From NCBI GenBank assembly GCA_045643185.1, contig JAZUKH010000046.1, forward strand, positions 10,883 to 74,882: 64,000 bases of DNA, written 5' to 3'. The notes under the pieces are model-generated. The model was given only the letters and a program-made list of their open reading frames with translations, was not told the origin of the DNA and did not search any database. The position numbers and the translations under genes were made by a program. Below, piece after piece: positions 39,479 through 48,614 of this stretch. Position 1 is the first letter of the stretch; each line of letters starts with the position of its first letter. Source of the stretch: Myxococcota bacterium. GTDB lineage: Bacteria > Myxococcota_A > Bradymonadia > UBA4248.

Positions 39479-40318
39479 ATGAAACGCGTTGTTTTACTGA
39501 TTCAGGTTTTACTTTTCGTGATGTTGGCAAGCACGAACGTGTATGCGCAAGATGAGTACGTTCAGTCAGCTCAAGAAGATTCAATGTTCACGAATGAAAG
39601 CGGATCGATCGCAGAGTATGACGCATCGATCGCAAATGACGATATTCCAACTGAGTCAGACAGTATTGACAGCACTTCAGAGAATGCAGACTTGACGTCT
39701 GTCGACGATTCGTTATCCATGAACGAATTGGATCAGCAGATCCCGTTGTGGAGACCCGGTTTTTCGATCAGCGGAAAAATTGGTCCTACGTTCTCGGTCG
39801 CGGGAATTCTTTGGTTAAATGTTGGCTATGGTGGTCTTCAAGGCAGCGTTGAACTTGGTTACCACTGGGATATTTTTGGTTTATATTTGAACCAACAGTT
39901 TTCTGGTAACTGGGCATTTGGCACGTCAATAAGTTTTGACGACGTTGAAGACGAAGCAGATTACAACGAGAAAAATAACACCTATCTTGGCGGCTTTGGC
40001 ATGACCGCTCTCGATTTCCGTTGGTTTATTAATGCGTCTGAACGCCTAAAAATCTCGTTAGGCTTTGGTTTGGGGTTTCAATATCAGTTGAATGTCAAGA
40101 AAGAGGTCGTTACCGAATATGATGAAAATGGTGAAGAATATGTCACCGAAAAAAGCGACGGTGGTATCATACCGTTAGCCCGTCTACATTTGGGCATAAA
40201 CTACCTCATGACCCCGAACTTGTCGTTAGGTTTCCGCCTTGATTATTCAGGTTTCTCGCTTTGGTATATTCATTATCACCAGTTTGACCCGTCGTTCTTC
40301 GTCACTTATACCTTCTAA
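39479..40318 (+). CDS. Putative outer-membrane beta-barrel protein
   Basis: Signal peptide; alternating amphipathic strands; C-terminal ...YTF aromatic terminus typical of OMP barrels; RBS TAGGAG. Confidence 0.5.
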   Translation: MKRVVLLIQVLLFVMLASTNVYAQDEYVQSAQEDSMFTNESGSIAEYDASIANDDIPTESDSIDSTSENADLTSVDDSLSMNELDQQIPLWRPGFSISGKIGPTFSVAGILWLNVGYGGLQGSVELGYHWDIFGLYLNQQFSGNWAFGTSISFDDVEDEADYNEKNNTYLGGFGMTALDFRWFINASERLKISLGFGLGFQYQLNVKKEVVTEYDENGEEYVTEKSDGGIIPLARLHLGINYLMTPNLSLGFRLDYSGFSLWYIHYHQFDPSFFVTYTF

Positions 40319-40483
40319 GGCGTATTTTACATGACGGCTTGGTAGAGACGCCCGTCTCTACCGTATCGCGCGTCTCTAGCAGGCTTACCGTTCCTCGCCA
40401 TTGCCATTATTTTATGCTAAAACATTTCTAGATCGTTAGCGACGTGCGATTCGCACGTCGCTCATGGTCTGTGTGATGGAGGT

Positions 40484-42067
40484 TTGGCAATGGGTTTGTT
40501 TGTTAATCCAACGGAAGCTTTGTTGAGAATGGGCGTTCGCTCGAGAATTTATGTCGATAAATCGATGTTGATTCACGAGCTCAATCAGCTTTTGAATACG
40601 GAAGAACGCTTCGTGTGCGTATCACGTGCGCGCCGTTTTGGCAAGTCGATGGCTGGTGCCATGATTGCCGCCTATTACAGCAAACTCGCCAAGTCGCGCC
40701 CCATTTTTGAAAAGCTCAAGATCGCGCAGACGTCCGATTTTGAAACGTATCTTAATCAGTTTAACGTTATTCACATCGATATTAACGCGTGTTATTCGAG
40801 TTCAACGCGTCATGAAGACATTGTGCCGTTGTTTACAGCGAACGTGCGTGAAGAACTCCAGGAACAATTTCCAAATTGTGGTATCAACGAACGTGATGCA
40901 CTCGACAAGTGCATTATGAAAATTTATTCAAGAACAGGCGAACAATTTGTATTGATTCTTGATGAATACGATGTTTTGGTGCGCGAAAAAGTGAATGCAT
41001 CGATTTTTGATTCGTATTTGGCTTTTCTCAATGCGATGTTTAAAAATGTAAACCTGGCACCTGCATTTGCACTTGTATATTTGACAGGCATTTTGCCCGT
41101 CGTGCGCGATAAAATTCAATCCAAACTCAATATGTTTCGTGAATATACAATGATAGAGGCTGATCAATTCACTCCATATATAGGATTTAGCGAGGATGAA
41201 GTAAAATCGTTATGCCAAAAGCACGATATGAGTTTTAGCGATTGTAAACGTTGGTATGATGGTTATAAGCTCTATGGTCATAGTTTTTATAATCCATGTT
41301 CTGTTGTGAATGCCATGGTTTCACATCGTTTTGGAAGTTTTTGGACGCAAACAGGATCATATGAGGCACTTAAACAATATATATTAATGAATTTTGAGGG
41401 CATTCGTGATGATGTGTTGACGATGATTGCAGGTGGAAGTGTAAGCGTGAATGTGACGAGTTTCATGAATACCATGACCGATTTTCATACCAAAGACGAT
41501 GTTTTTACCTATCTTATTCATCTTGGCTATCTTGGCTATGATCAAAAACTCCAACGATGTTTTATCCCAAATCAAGAAGTACGTCAGGAATGGATTAATT
41601 CTATTCAAACAAGTTCAGATTATGCCCAAGCGCTTTGCATTGTAAAACATTCTAAAGATTTATTAGATCTTACGATCAATGGCGATGAAAAAGCCGTTGC
41701 TCACGCTATTGACGATGCTCATACCGAACTTGTATCGAATTTACAATATAATAATGAAGGTTGTTTTCAGAGCGTGATTCGCTTCGCCTATTTTTACGCT
41801 AATACACGCTACACTGTGATTTCTGAGTTGCCTGCTGGCAAGGGGTACGCTGATATTGCGTTTATTCCTTATATCCCCAATACGCCAGCGATGATCGTTG
41901 AACTCAAGCGCAACAGCTCCACCGAAACAGCTCTGACGCAGATCGAAAACAAACAATATGATAAAGCCCTTGAACATTATCAGGGCGATCTATTATTTGT
42001 CGCCGTGAATTATGACGAAAAGACGAAAGAACACACGTGTGAGATTAAACGGTTTGTGAAAGAATAA
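40484..42067 (+). CDS. AAA-ATPase-like (PF09820-type) plus C-terminal PD-(D/E)XK nuclease protein; intact paralog of 20950-22480
   Basis: YVDKSMLIHEL...SRARRFGKSMAGAMIAAYY N-terminal signature; C-terminal GKGYADIAF...IVELKRN PD-(D/E)XK-like motif. Confidence 0.65.
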   Translation: MAMGLFVNPTEALLRMGVRSRIYVDKSMLIHELNQLLNTEERFVCVSRARRFGKSMAGAMIAAYYSKLAKSRPIFEKLKIAQTSDFETYLNQFNVIHIDINACYSSSTRHEDIVPLFTANVREELQEQFPNCGINERDALDKCIMKIYSRTGEQFVLILDEYDVLVREKVNASIFDSYLAFLNAMFKNVNLAPAFALVYLTGILPVVRDKIQSKLNMFREYTMIEADQFTPYIGFSEDEVKSLCQKHDMSFSDCKRWYDGYKLYGHSFYNPCSVVNAMVSHRFGSFWTQTGSYEALKQYILMNFEGIRDDVLTMIAGGSVSVNVTSFMNTMTDFHTKDDVFTYLIHLGYLGYDQKLQRCFIPNQEVRQEWINSIQTSSDYAQALCIVKHSKDLLDLTINGDEKAVAHAIDDAHTELVSNLQYNNEGCFQSVIRFAYFYANTRYTVISELPAGKGYADIAFIPYIPNTPAMIVELKRNSSTETALTQIENKQYDKALEHYQGDLLFVAVNYDEKTKEHTCEIKRFVKE

Positions 42068-42142
42068 ATAATCAATTGTACTTTGGAGGTCTCGAACGCG
42101 TGTGAAATATTGTGCAGCGTGATGGTGCTGACTGGGAAAAGC

Positions 42143-42169
42143 AAAAAGGCGGCATAAGCCGCCTTTTTG
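42143..42169. terminator. Bidirectional terminator between convergent genes
   Basis: AAAAAGGCGGC-ATAA-GCCGCCTTTTTG. Confidence 0.75.
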
Positions 42170-42233
42170 CTGTAAGCGTTAATAAGTCATTTGAATAATA
42201 AAGAGCATCGTTTATACGAATGTTATTCTCGGT

Positions 42234-45200
42234 TCATTCTTGGGGAACACAAACATCGTCGGGGGAACAGACAGAACCTTCCGGACAGTCAAAGTCCCCC
42301 TCACAACCACATGTACGATCGTTTAAGCAAATATGACCATTCGCATTGCTTGAACAATGGGTATTTTCTGTGCATTCACCTTCAACACAAATATTGTTGG
42401 AACAGATCGTAGTGTCCGGACAGTCATTGCTCGAATTGCAGCCACATGTATTGTTGCTTAGACAAGCATAACCATTCGCGTTGCTCGAACAGTGAGATGA
42501 CGTATTGCACTCTACACAAGCGGAATGGTTTGTATTCGCGTATGGTGTTGGTTCTGAACACGCTGAACAGCTTGTGTCGGTTGAACCGGTTGAAATGGTA
42601 TTATCAGAACATTCAACACAGGATCTGCCGTCTGCTGAAAGCATAGATCCACTATCACAACTTGTAACTTTGCAAACATTGTTTTGGCATTCGACTGCTG
42701 CCACACCGTTTCCTGCAGTACAGTGCGTGTTTTCTGAACATTCGACACAAGCGGTGTGATCATCATTCGCATGGGGTTTGGTTCCAGTGCATGCTGAGCA
42801 GCTTATACCCGTCGTCGAAATGTGATCCGTGGGACAAGTTTCGCATTCACGCTTGGATGTGTTGGGGCTAGAACCCGGTGTGCAAGCATAGACTTTGCAA
42901 ATACCAGAGACACAGTCTGTGGAAACGCTATTTGCTATTTCTAAACATTCAGAAGCTTCGACACAGCCTGTTTTTATGCAAATCTTCGTGTCGTCGCCAG
43001 TTAATGAATATCCGGTATTGCAAGAATACACACACTTGTTGGCGCTGTTACATGTCCCCGTGCCGTTATCGATGGTGCAGTCTGTATCTTCGGTACAGCC
43101 CGTCTTTTCGCAAGTTTTGTGATCGGAATCAGTTACTATTGAATAACCAGCATTGCATGAATATACGCATTGATTAGCACTGTTACATGTACCGGTACCA
43201 TTCGTAATGGTACAGTCACTATCACTTAGACAGCCAACTTTATTGCACGTTGAACCGTTCAAGGTATAGCCGGGGTCGCATGAATAATTGCAAGTATGTG
43301 AGCTGCTGCAAGTTCCGGATCCAAAAGTAATTGGACATTCTGCGTCATTAACGCATCCTGTTTTTTCACAGATATTTCCGTTTAATGTATAACCAGGATC
43401 ACATAAGTAATCACAGGTATTGGCACTATTGCAAATACCCTTACCATGGTCTAGTGAACAGTCATTATCTGATGTGCATCCTGTTTTTTCACAAGTATTT
43501 TCATTTAATGAATAACCGGGTTTACAATTTTCAACTTTACAAGAGCCTGTTTCGCAGGAGACTGACAATACAGCGGCAGCGCCTCCCAATCCTTCGGTGC
43601 TTGTCGAACAGGTGACATTGCAGGCACCGCAATGTGCCAAGGTGGCAGGTTTGTCACTGGCTTGGGTAACACAGGTTGAACCACACAACGTTGTTCCGGC
43701 ACCGCAACTGGTTGTACATTTGCCATTTGAACAAATGGTGCCGACGTTACAAATTTCACCTTGGTCTAAGGGCCCCGTGGCACCGCAATGATAGTTGTCT
43801 GTTTTGGCATTCACGCATTGAATACCGGAGGCTGTATCAGAATTACTGATGTTCACAAATCCATCGCCAGTGCATTGGTATTTACAGGTTCCATCAACAC
43901 ATGAAGCAACTGCAGTATTGATCGGTTTATATGTATTACAAACAAAACCACAAGCACCGCAGTTATTGGTGTCGCTTGCGTGAATATCGATACAGGCTTT
44001 TCCGCTCGAGGTTGAGCATAAGGTTTTGTCTTCTGGACATGTATTTAATTCACAATTGCCATTAATACAGGCTTTTCCCTGAGTTGAACAGTTCTTTAAT
44101 GTTGTTCCGCATTCAGTGTTGCTGTCAGCAATACATTTCCCTGCATTAAGGTGATAACCTGGCGTGATACAAGCGGTTGCGACACACTGGTTATTCCAGC
44201 AGGAACCACCATTCCAGCCCGCGGTGTCAGAACACTTATATTCGCTCATACCACAGTTATCTTCGTTACTTTTTTTGCAGGAAGCCGTGGCATTATCATA
44301 GTATTGATCTGAACCGCAGTTTGCTTTGCATTCGTTATTGATAACGGCATAGCCTTCTTTACAAGTTTGGACAAAACATTCGTTGTTGTTACAGGATCCT
44401 GTACTCCAGTTAGAAATATGCGCATAACATTTGTAACCTTTCATACCGCAGTTATCTAGGTTGCTCGTTTTACAAGTGACATCGTAATACTGAGTATCGT
44501 TACAACTGGAAACACAGGTATTGTTATTAACGGTATAGCCATCGTTGCATTGAGAAACTGAGCATTTGCCCGCTGAACATTTGACTGTTTTGGAGTTTTT
44601 GATCTCATCCGAACAGGCATGTCCCGTGGCACCGCAATTATTGACATCATCGGCAATGCAGCGTGCTTGTTTATTATCGTAATGTTGTCCAACGGAGCAG
44701 TCGGAAACGCATTGTTTTCCGTCAGAAGAGGGTTTGAAGCCGGATCCACATTCTGTCACAACGCAAACATTGTTAGAACAATTGCCTGTTATCCAATTAG
44801 AAATATGGGTTGAGCATTGATAGCCTTTCATGCCGCAGTTTGCGACGTCACTGGTCGCGCAGGCACCCGTTGAACTGTCGTAATATTTCGTCGTATCGCA
44901 GTTTGCTTTGCATTCGTTATGGATAACGGCATAGCCTTCTTGGCAGGTTTGGACAGAGCAGATGTTGTTGTTACAGGTTCCTGAACTCCAGTTAGAAATA
45001 TGCTCAGAACACTTGTAACCTTTCATACCGCAGTTATCGGTATCGCTCGTTTTGCAAGTGACATCGTAATACTGAGTATCGTTGCAACTCGAAACGCAGG
45101 TATTATTGTTAACGGTATAACCCTCGTTACATGCGGAAACTGAGCATTTACCAGAAGAACAACTTACGGTGTTAGAGTTTTTGATTTCATCTTTGCAGGC

Positions 45201-46145
45201 ATGGCCTGTGGCGCCGCAGTTGTCGACATCATTGGCAACGCATTTGGCTTGTTCGCTGTCGTAATGTTCATCCACCGTGCAGTTGGAAACGCACTTATTA
45301 TCCGTAACTTTATAGCCGGTCTCACATGCTGAAACGGTACAAATACCATTTATACATGAGCCATCTGTCCATTGGGCCACGTTATCTTTGCATACATAGT
45401 CAGTGGCACCACAATTGAATATATCATCGGGAACACAGCTTTGTGCATCATTGTCATAGTGTTGGCCTTTTTCACAGGCAGATACACACGTTTTTTTATC
45501 TGTCGCTGGTTTAAATCCTTGTTCACATTGATCAACAATACAAAGCTCATTTTCACATTTGCCACTAACCCAGTTGGTGATAAAATTCTCACAGCTTGAG
45601 GTGTCTTTTTCTGTGCATTGTTTAACAGGTTTTCTACAATGAAATATATCTCCACTTAAAGCACAGGTTTGATAGTTATTGGGGCAGATGTTGTACTTAA
45701 AAGCATCCGGAAATACGCTTTTTTCTTTGCAATCATTTCTATCTGTGCAAAGACCATCGATATAACCTAATTCAAGGTTTTTGTTGTTGTTAAAAAGATT
45801 TTGATAAGTTGAATATTTATAGATGACTTTTCCATTGTATACATATTCGCCAATGTTGTTTAATATTGGATATATTTTCTTTTCGTCTTGTGTAATTGGA
45901 TTGCAATTTTTTAGATCTGTTTCATCTAATTTACATAAATAATGATCGTTTCCATCAATATCGTACACATAAATTCGTGGCGGGCATGCGACGATCTCTT
46001 CACTCGTGTCATCAACATAGGTGTCATACAGAGCACTGTCCCACGAGCACCCACTCATTCCCAGGGTTGCAACGGTTGCCAGAACAGCCAGAGGCAGCCC
46101 TACATGCCTTGGTTTTGACTGGAATACACGCCTGCGATATTTCAT
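42234..46145 (-). CDS. Giant (~1300 aa) cysteine-rich repeat lipoprotein with EGF-like modules
   Basis: ATG at 46143-46145 with GGAGG RBS (the ORF track starts at an upstream TTG); lipobox ...LGMSGCSW; ~200 Cys in C-x-C..GY.L.G..C modules; 582-bp internal direct repeats. Confidence 0.7.
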   Translation of the reverse strand: MKYRRRVFQSKPRHVGLPLAVLATVATLGMSGCSWDSALYDTYVDDTSEEIVACPPRIYVYDIDGNDHYLCKLDETDLKNCNPITQDEKKIYPILNNIGEYVYNGKVIYKYSTYQNLFNNNKNLELGYIDGLCTDRNDCKEKSVFPDAFKYNICPNNYQTCALSGDIFHCRKPVKQCTEKDTSSCENFITNWVSGKCENELCIVDQCEQGFKPATDKKTCVSACEKGQHYDNDAQSCVPDDIFNCGATDYVCKDNVAQWTDGSCINGICTVSACETGYKVTDNKCVSNCTVDEHYDSEQAKCVANDVDNCGATGHACKDEIKNSNTVSCSSGKCSVSACNEGYTVNNNTCVSSCNDTQYYDVTCKTSDTDNCGMKGYKCSEHISNWSSGTCNNNICSVQTCQEGYAVIHNECKANCDTTKYYDSSTGACATSDVANCGMKGYQCSTHISNWITGNCSNNVCVVTECGSGFKPSSDGKQCVSDCSVGQHYDNKQARCIADDVNNCGATGHACSDEIKNSKTVKCSAGKCSVSQCNDGYTVNNNTCVSSCNDTQYYDVTCKTSNLDNCGMKGYKCYAHISNWSTGSCNNNECFVQTCKEGYAVINNECKANCGSDQYYDNATASCKKSNEDNCGMSEYKCSDTAGWNGGSCWNNQCVATACITPGYHLNAGKCIADSNTECGTTLKNCSTQGKACINGNCELNTCPEDKTLCSTSSGKACIDIHASDTNNCGACGFVCNTYKPINTAVASCVDGTCKYQCTGDGFVNISNSDTASGIQCVNAKTDNYHCGATGPLDQGEICNVGTICSNGKCTTSCGAGTTLCGSTCVTQASDKPATLAHCGACNVTCSTSTEGLGGAAAVLSVSCETGSCKVENCKPGYSLNENTCEKTGCTSDNDCSLDHGKGICNSANTCDYLCDPGYTLNGNICEKTGCVNDAECPITFGSGTCSSSHTCNYSCDPGYTLNGSTCNKVGCLSDSDCTITNGTGTCNSANQCVYSCNAGYSIVTDSDHKTCEKTGCTEDTDCTIDNGTGTCNSANKCVYSCNTGYSLTGDDTKICIKTGCVEASECLEIANSVSTDCVSGICKVYACTPGSSPNTSKRECETCPTDHISTTGISCSACTGTKPHANDDHTACVECSENTHCTAGNGVAAVECQNNVCKVTSCDSGSMLSADGRSCVECSDNTISTGSTDTSCSACSEPTPYANTNHSACVECNTSSHCSSNANGYACLSNNTCGCNSSNDCPDTTICSNNICVEGECTENTHCSSNANGHICLNDRTCGCEGDFDCPEGSVCSPDDVCVPQE

Positions 46146-46357
46146 GATGACCTCCAAAAGGGTTTAACTGTGGGTGAAATGCCGTAAAACTTTCAAATTT
46201 TCTCCAATTCAGAACGAATTAGTTACCAAAACACGATTCTACATTATACCGTTTATTCATTTTATATGGCAATTGATTTCGGCTGTTCTCGAGTTACAGT
46301 TCAGCCTCATTGCCAGCGCGATGTTATTATCTCAACCGGGGCATGAATCATAAAAGC

Positions 46358-46392
46358 GCCGCCGTATGCAATAGGCGGCGCGGCGAGCCGTA
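46358..46392. terminator. Terminator hairpin downstream of the 46436-48514 gene
   Basis: GCGCCGCC-GTATGCAATA-GGCGGCGC palindrome. Confidence 0.55.
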
Positions 46393-46435
46393 TTCGCGGA
46401 GCGAATAGGCGCGCCTAAAAATTAAAAAATATAAA

Positions 46436-48514
46436 TTAATGACACGCAAATTCGATGCAGGTGATGCAAGAATTCTGACATTTTCCGCAGTTTTTGAAGT
46501 CATCACGTAAATCTGCTTCGCAACCATTCGTGGGTTGGCCGTCGCAATCAGCCCAACGGTGGAAGTAATCGTCACCCATGTATTCATAAATTTCGTCTGT
46601 CTCGCAGGTCAGAATGGGGGTGCCATCCTGGCATTGGACATGGGTGACATGCAATACGGTATCGGTTGTGAGATCGACATCACATGCGCCGCAATGATGT
46701 ATATCCGTTTTGAGATCGACAAATTCAGTGCCGCACTGGGTGTAGCCTGCGGGCACGTCCAAGCATGTACCTTCAAAACAGGTGTGGTCGCCGCAATCGA
46801 TGTTGCAGTCGCCGCAATGGTGGGAATCTGTTTTTAGATCGACGCAGCCGGCACTGCCGCAAGACGTGAATTCTGGTTCGCATTGACAAGCCCCATCGGC
46901 GCAGCTTTGACCCTCGCCGCAATCGATGCTGCAGTCGCCGCAATGTTGGGGATCTGTTTTTAGATCGACGCAGCCGGCACTGCCGCAAGACGTGAATTCT
47001 GGTTCGCATTGACAGGTTCCGTCGGCGCAGATGGCGTTGGACTGGCACTGGTTGCCGCATGCGCCGCAATTGAGGCGGTCTGTCTTGATGTCGACGCAAA
47101 GATCGTTGCAATGTAGCCAACCGCTGTTGCATACATCGCAGACGCCATGGATACAGGCTTTGGGGCCGCAGTCGTTGCCGCATGCGCCGCAGTTGTTCTG
47201 GGTCAGAAGGCTCGTTTCGCAGCCATTGCTGATTTTGCCGTCGCAGTCGGCATAATTTTCCGCGCATTGACCTTCACAGTTGAGCCAGTGCTGTTTGCTC
47301 AGGTCGAAACAGGTCGTTTTAGAACACCTGGTCTCATTGGCTGCGCACTGAATCTCGCAGCTGCCGTCAATGCAGACGAAGTTTTCGGGACATTTGTTTC
47401 CGCATGCGCCGCAGTGATCTGAGCTGATACGGGTGTTGGCTTCGCAGCCGTTGGTGAGGTCGTTGTCGGCATCGCACCACTCATTTTGACATTCTGTACA
47501 GGCGCTGAGATGCCAGATCGACAGGTTGGCTTCGCAGCCGTTGTCGGCATTTTGGTCGAGGTCGCAGAAGCCGGCTGCGCAGGCTGTGCAGTCGTCATTG
47601 AGATGAACGAGGGCTGCGTTCGTTTCACAGCCATTGGCGAGCGTCTTGTCGAGGTTGCACCATCCGGCTTCGCAGCCGTCGCAGGTCGCGTTCAGATGAA
47701 GTGTCTGGGCGTGGCTCTCGCAGCCGGTCGAGGCTTTGTTGTTGTCCATGTCGCACCACCCTTCAAGACAGGTGTCGCAGCTGGCGAGGTTTTTGGCTGA
47801 AAGATGGGTGCACTGATGGCCACAAAGCACGTTGCCCTGATCGGCACGGCATTGAGAAAGACACTGACCTTCGATGCAGAATTCGTATGCCTGACAGGCA
47901 ATTCCGCATGCGCCGCAGTTTTCGCTATCTTCTTGGGTGTTGGTTTCGCAGCCGTTGGCCGGGTTGGCGTCGCAGTTTTGATAGCCGGATGCGCATGTGC
48001 CGCACGTGCTGTAATGCAGTTCTGAGGTTGTTTTTTCACAGCCATTGCTCAAATCGTCGTCGAGGTCGCAGTAACCCTCGTTGCAGTCAGAGCAGGTCGT
48101 GTTGAGATGAAGTTTGTGGGCGTCCGCTTCGCAACCTGTGGCGGTATTGTTATCGAGGTCGCACCAGTTCTCAACGCACGTGTCGCATTTGGCGTAGTGC
48201 TGACGGGCGAGTTGAATGCAGTGATCGCCGCATTTGGCATAGCCGTCTGAGGCCGGGCACTCGGAGGCGCAGACCCCTTGGGCGCAGACTTGGCCGTCGT
48301 TGCAGCTTCTGCCGCACTGGCCGCAGTTTGACTGGGTGTTCAGGTCGGTCTCGCAGCCGTTTGAACGCGTGTGATCACAGTCTACGAAGCCACTTTGACA
48401 TGTCTGGGGCTCATCTTCGGATGAAGTAGAAGGTTCGTGACTTTCATGACACGCGGAAAGATATATGACACTGATGATGCAGATATTTATGAATAATTTG
48501 TTATGATATTTCAT
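46436..48514 (-). CDS. Cysteine-rich repeat lipoprotein (692 aa), family member
   Basis: Lipobox ...VIYLSAC; repeated NCGACGNxC / HCGDCxIDC / LHLNxxCxxCxxGxCDLDxxxxNGCE modules; 114-bp tandem duplication. Confidence 0.7.
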   Translation of the reverse strand: MKYHNKLFINICIISVIYLSACHESHEPSTSSEDEPQTCQSGFVDCDHTRSNGCETDLNTQSNCGQCGRSCNDGQVCAQGVCASECPASDGYAKCGDHCIQLARQHYAKCDTCVENWCDLDNNTATGCEADAHKLHLNTTCSDCNEGYCDLDDDLSNGCEKTTSELHYSTCGTCASGYQNCDANPANGCETNTQEDSENCGACGIACQAYEFCIEGQCLSQCRADQGNVLCGHQCTHLSAKNLASCDTCLEGWCDMDNNKASTGCESHAQTLHLNATCDGCEAGWCNLDKTLANGCETNAALVHLNDDCTACAAGFCDLDQNADNGCEANLSIWHLSACTECQNEWCDADNDLTNGCEANTRISSDHCGACGNKCPENFVCIDGSCEIQCAANETRCSKTTCFDLSKQHWLNCEGQCAENYADCDGKISNGCETSLLTQNNCGACGNDCGPKACIHGVCDVCNSGWLHCNDLCVDIKTDRLNCGACGNQCQSNAICADGTCQCEPEFTSCGSAGCVDLKTDPQHCGDCSIDCGEGQSCADGACQCEPEFTSCGSAGCVDLKTDSHHCGDCNIDCGDHTCFEGTCLDVPAGYTQCGTEFVDLKTDIHHCGACDVDLTTDTVLHVTHVQCQDGTPILTCETDEIYEYMGDDYFHRWADCDGQPTNGCEADLRDDFKNCGKCQNSCITCIEFACH

Positions 48515-48614
48515 CGTTATGATAACTTGTTATGAGAAATATAACATATCCTACGCATTTCAACGTTATTTGTAATGCTGAATCATCGTAAGATCTAGTC
48601 GATAAAATGCAAAC

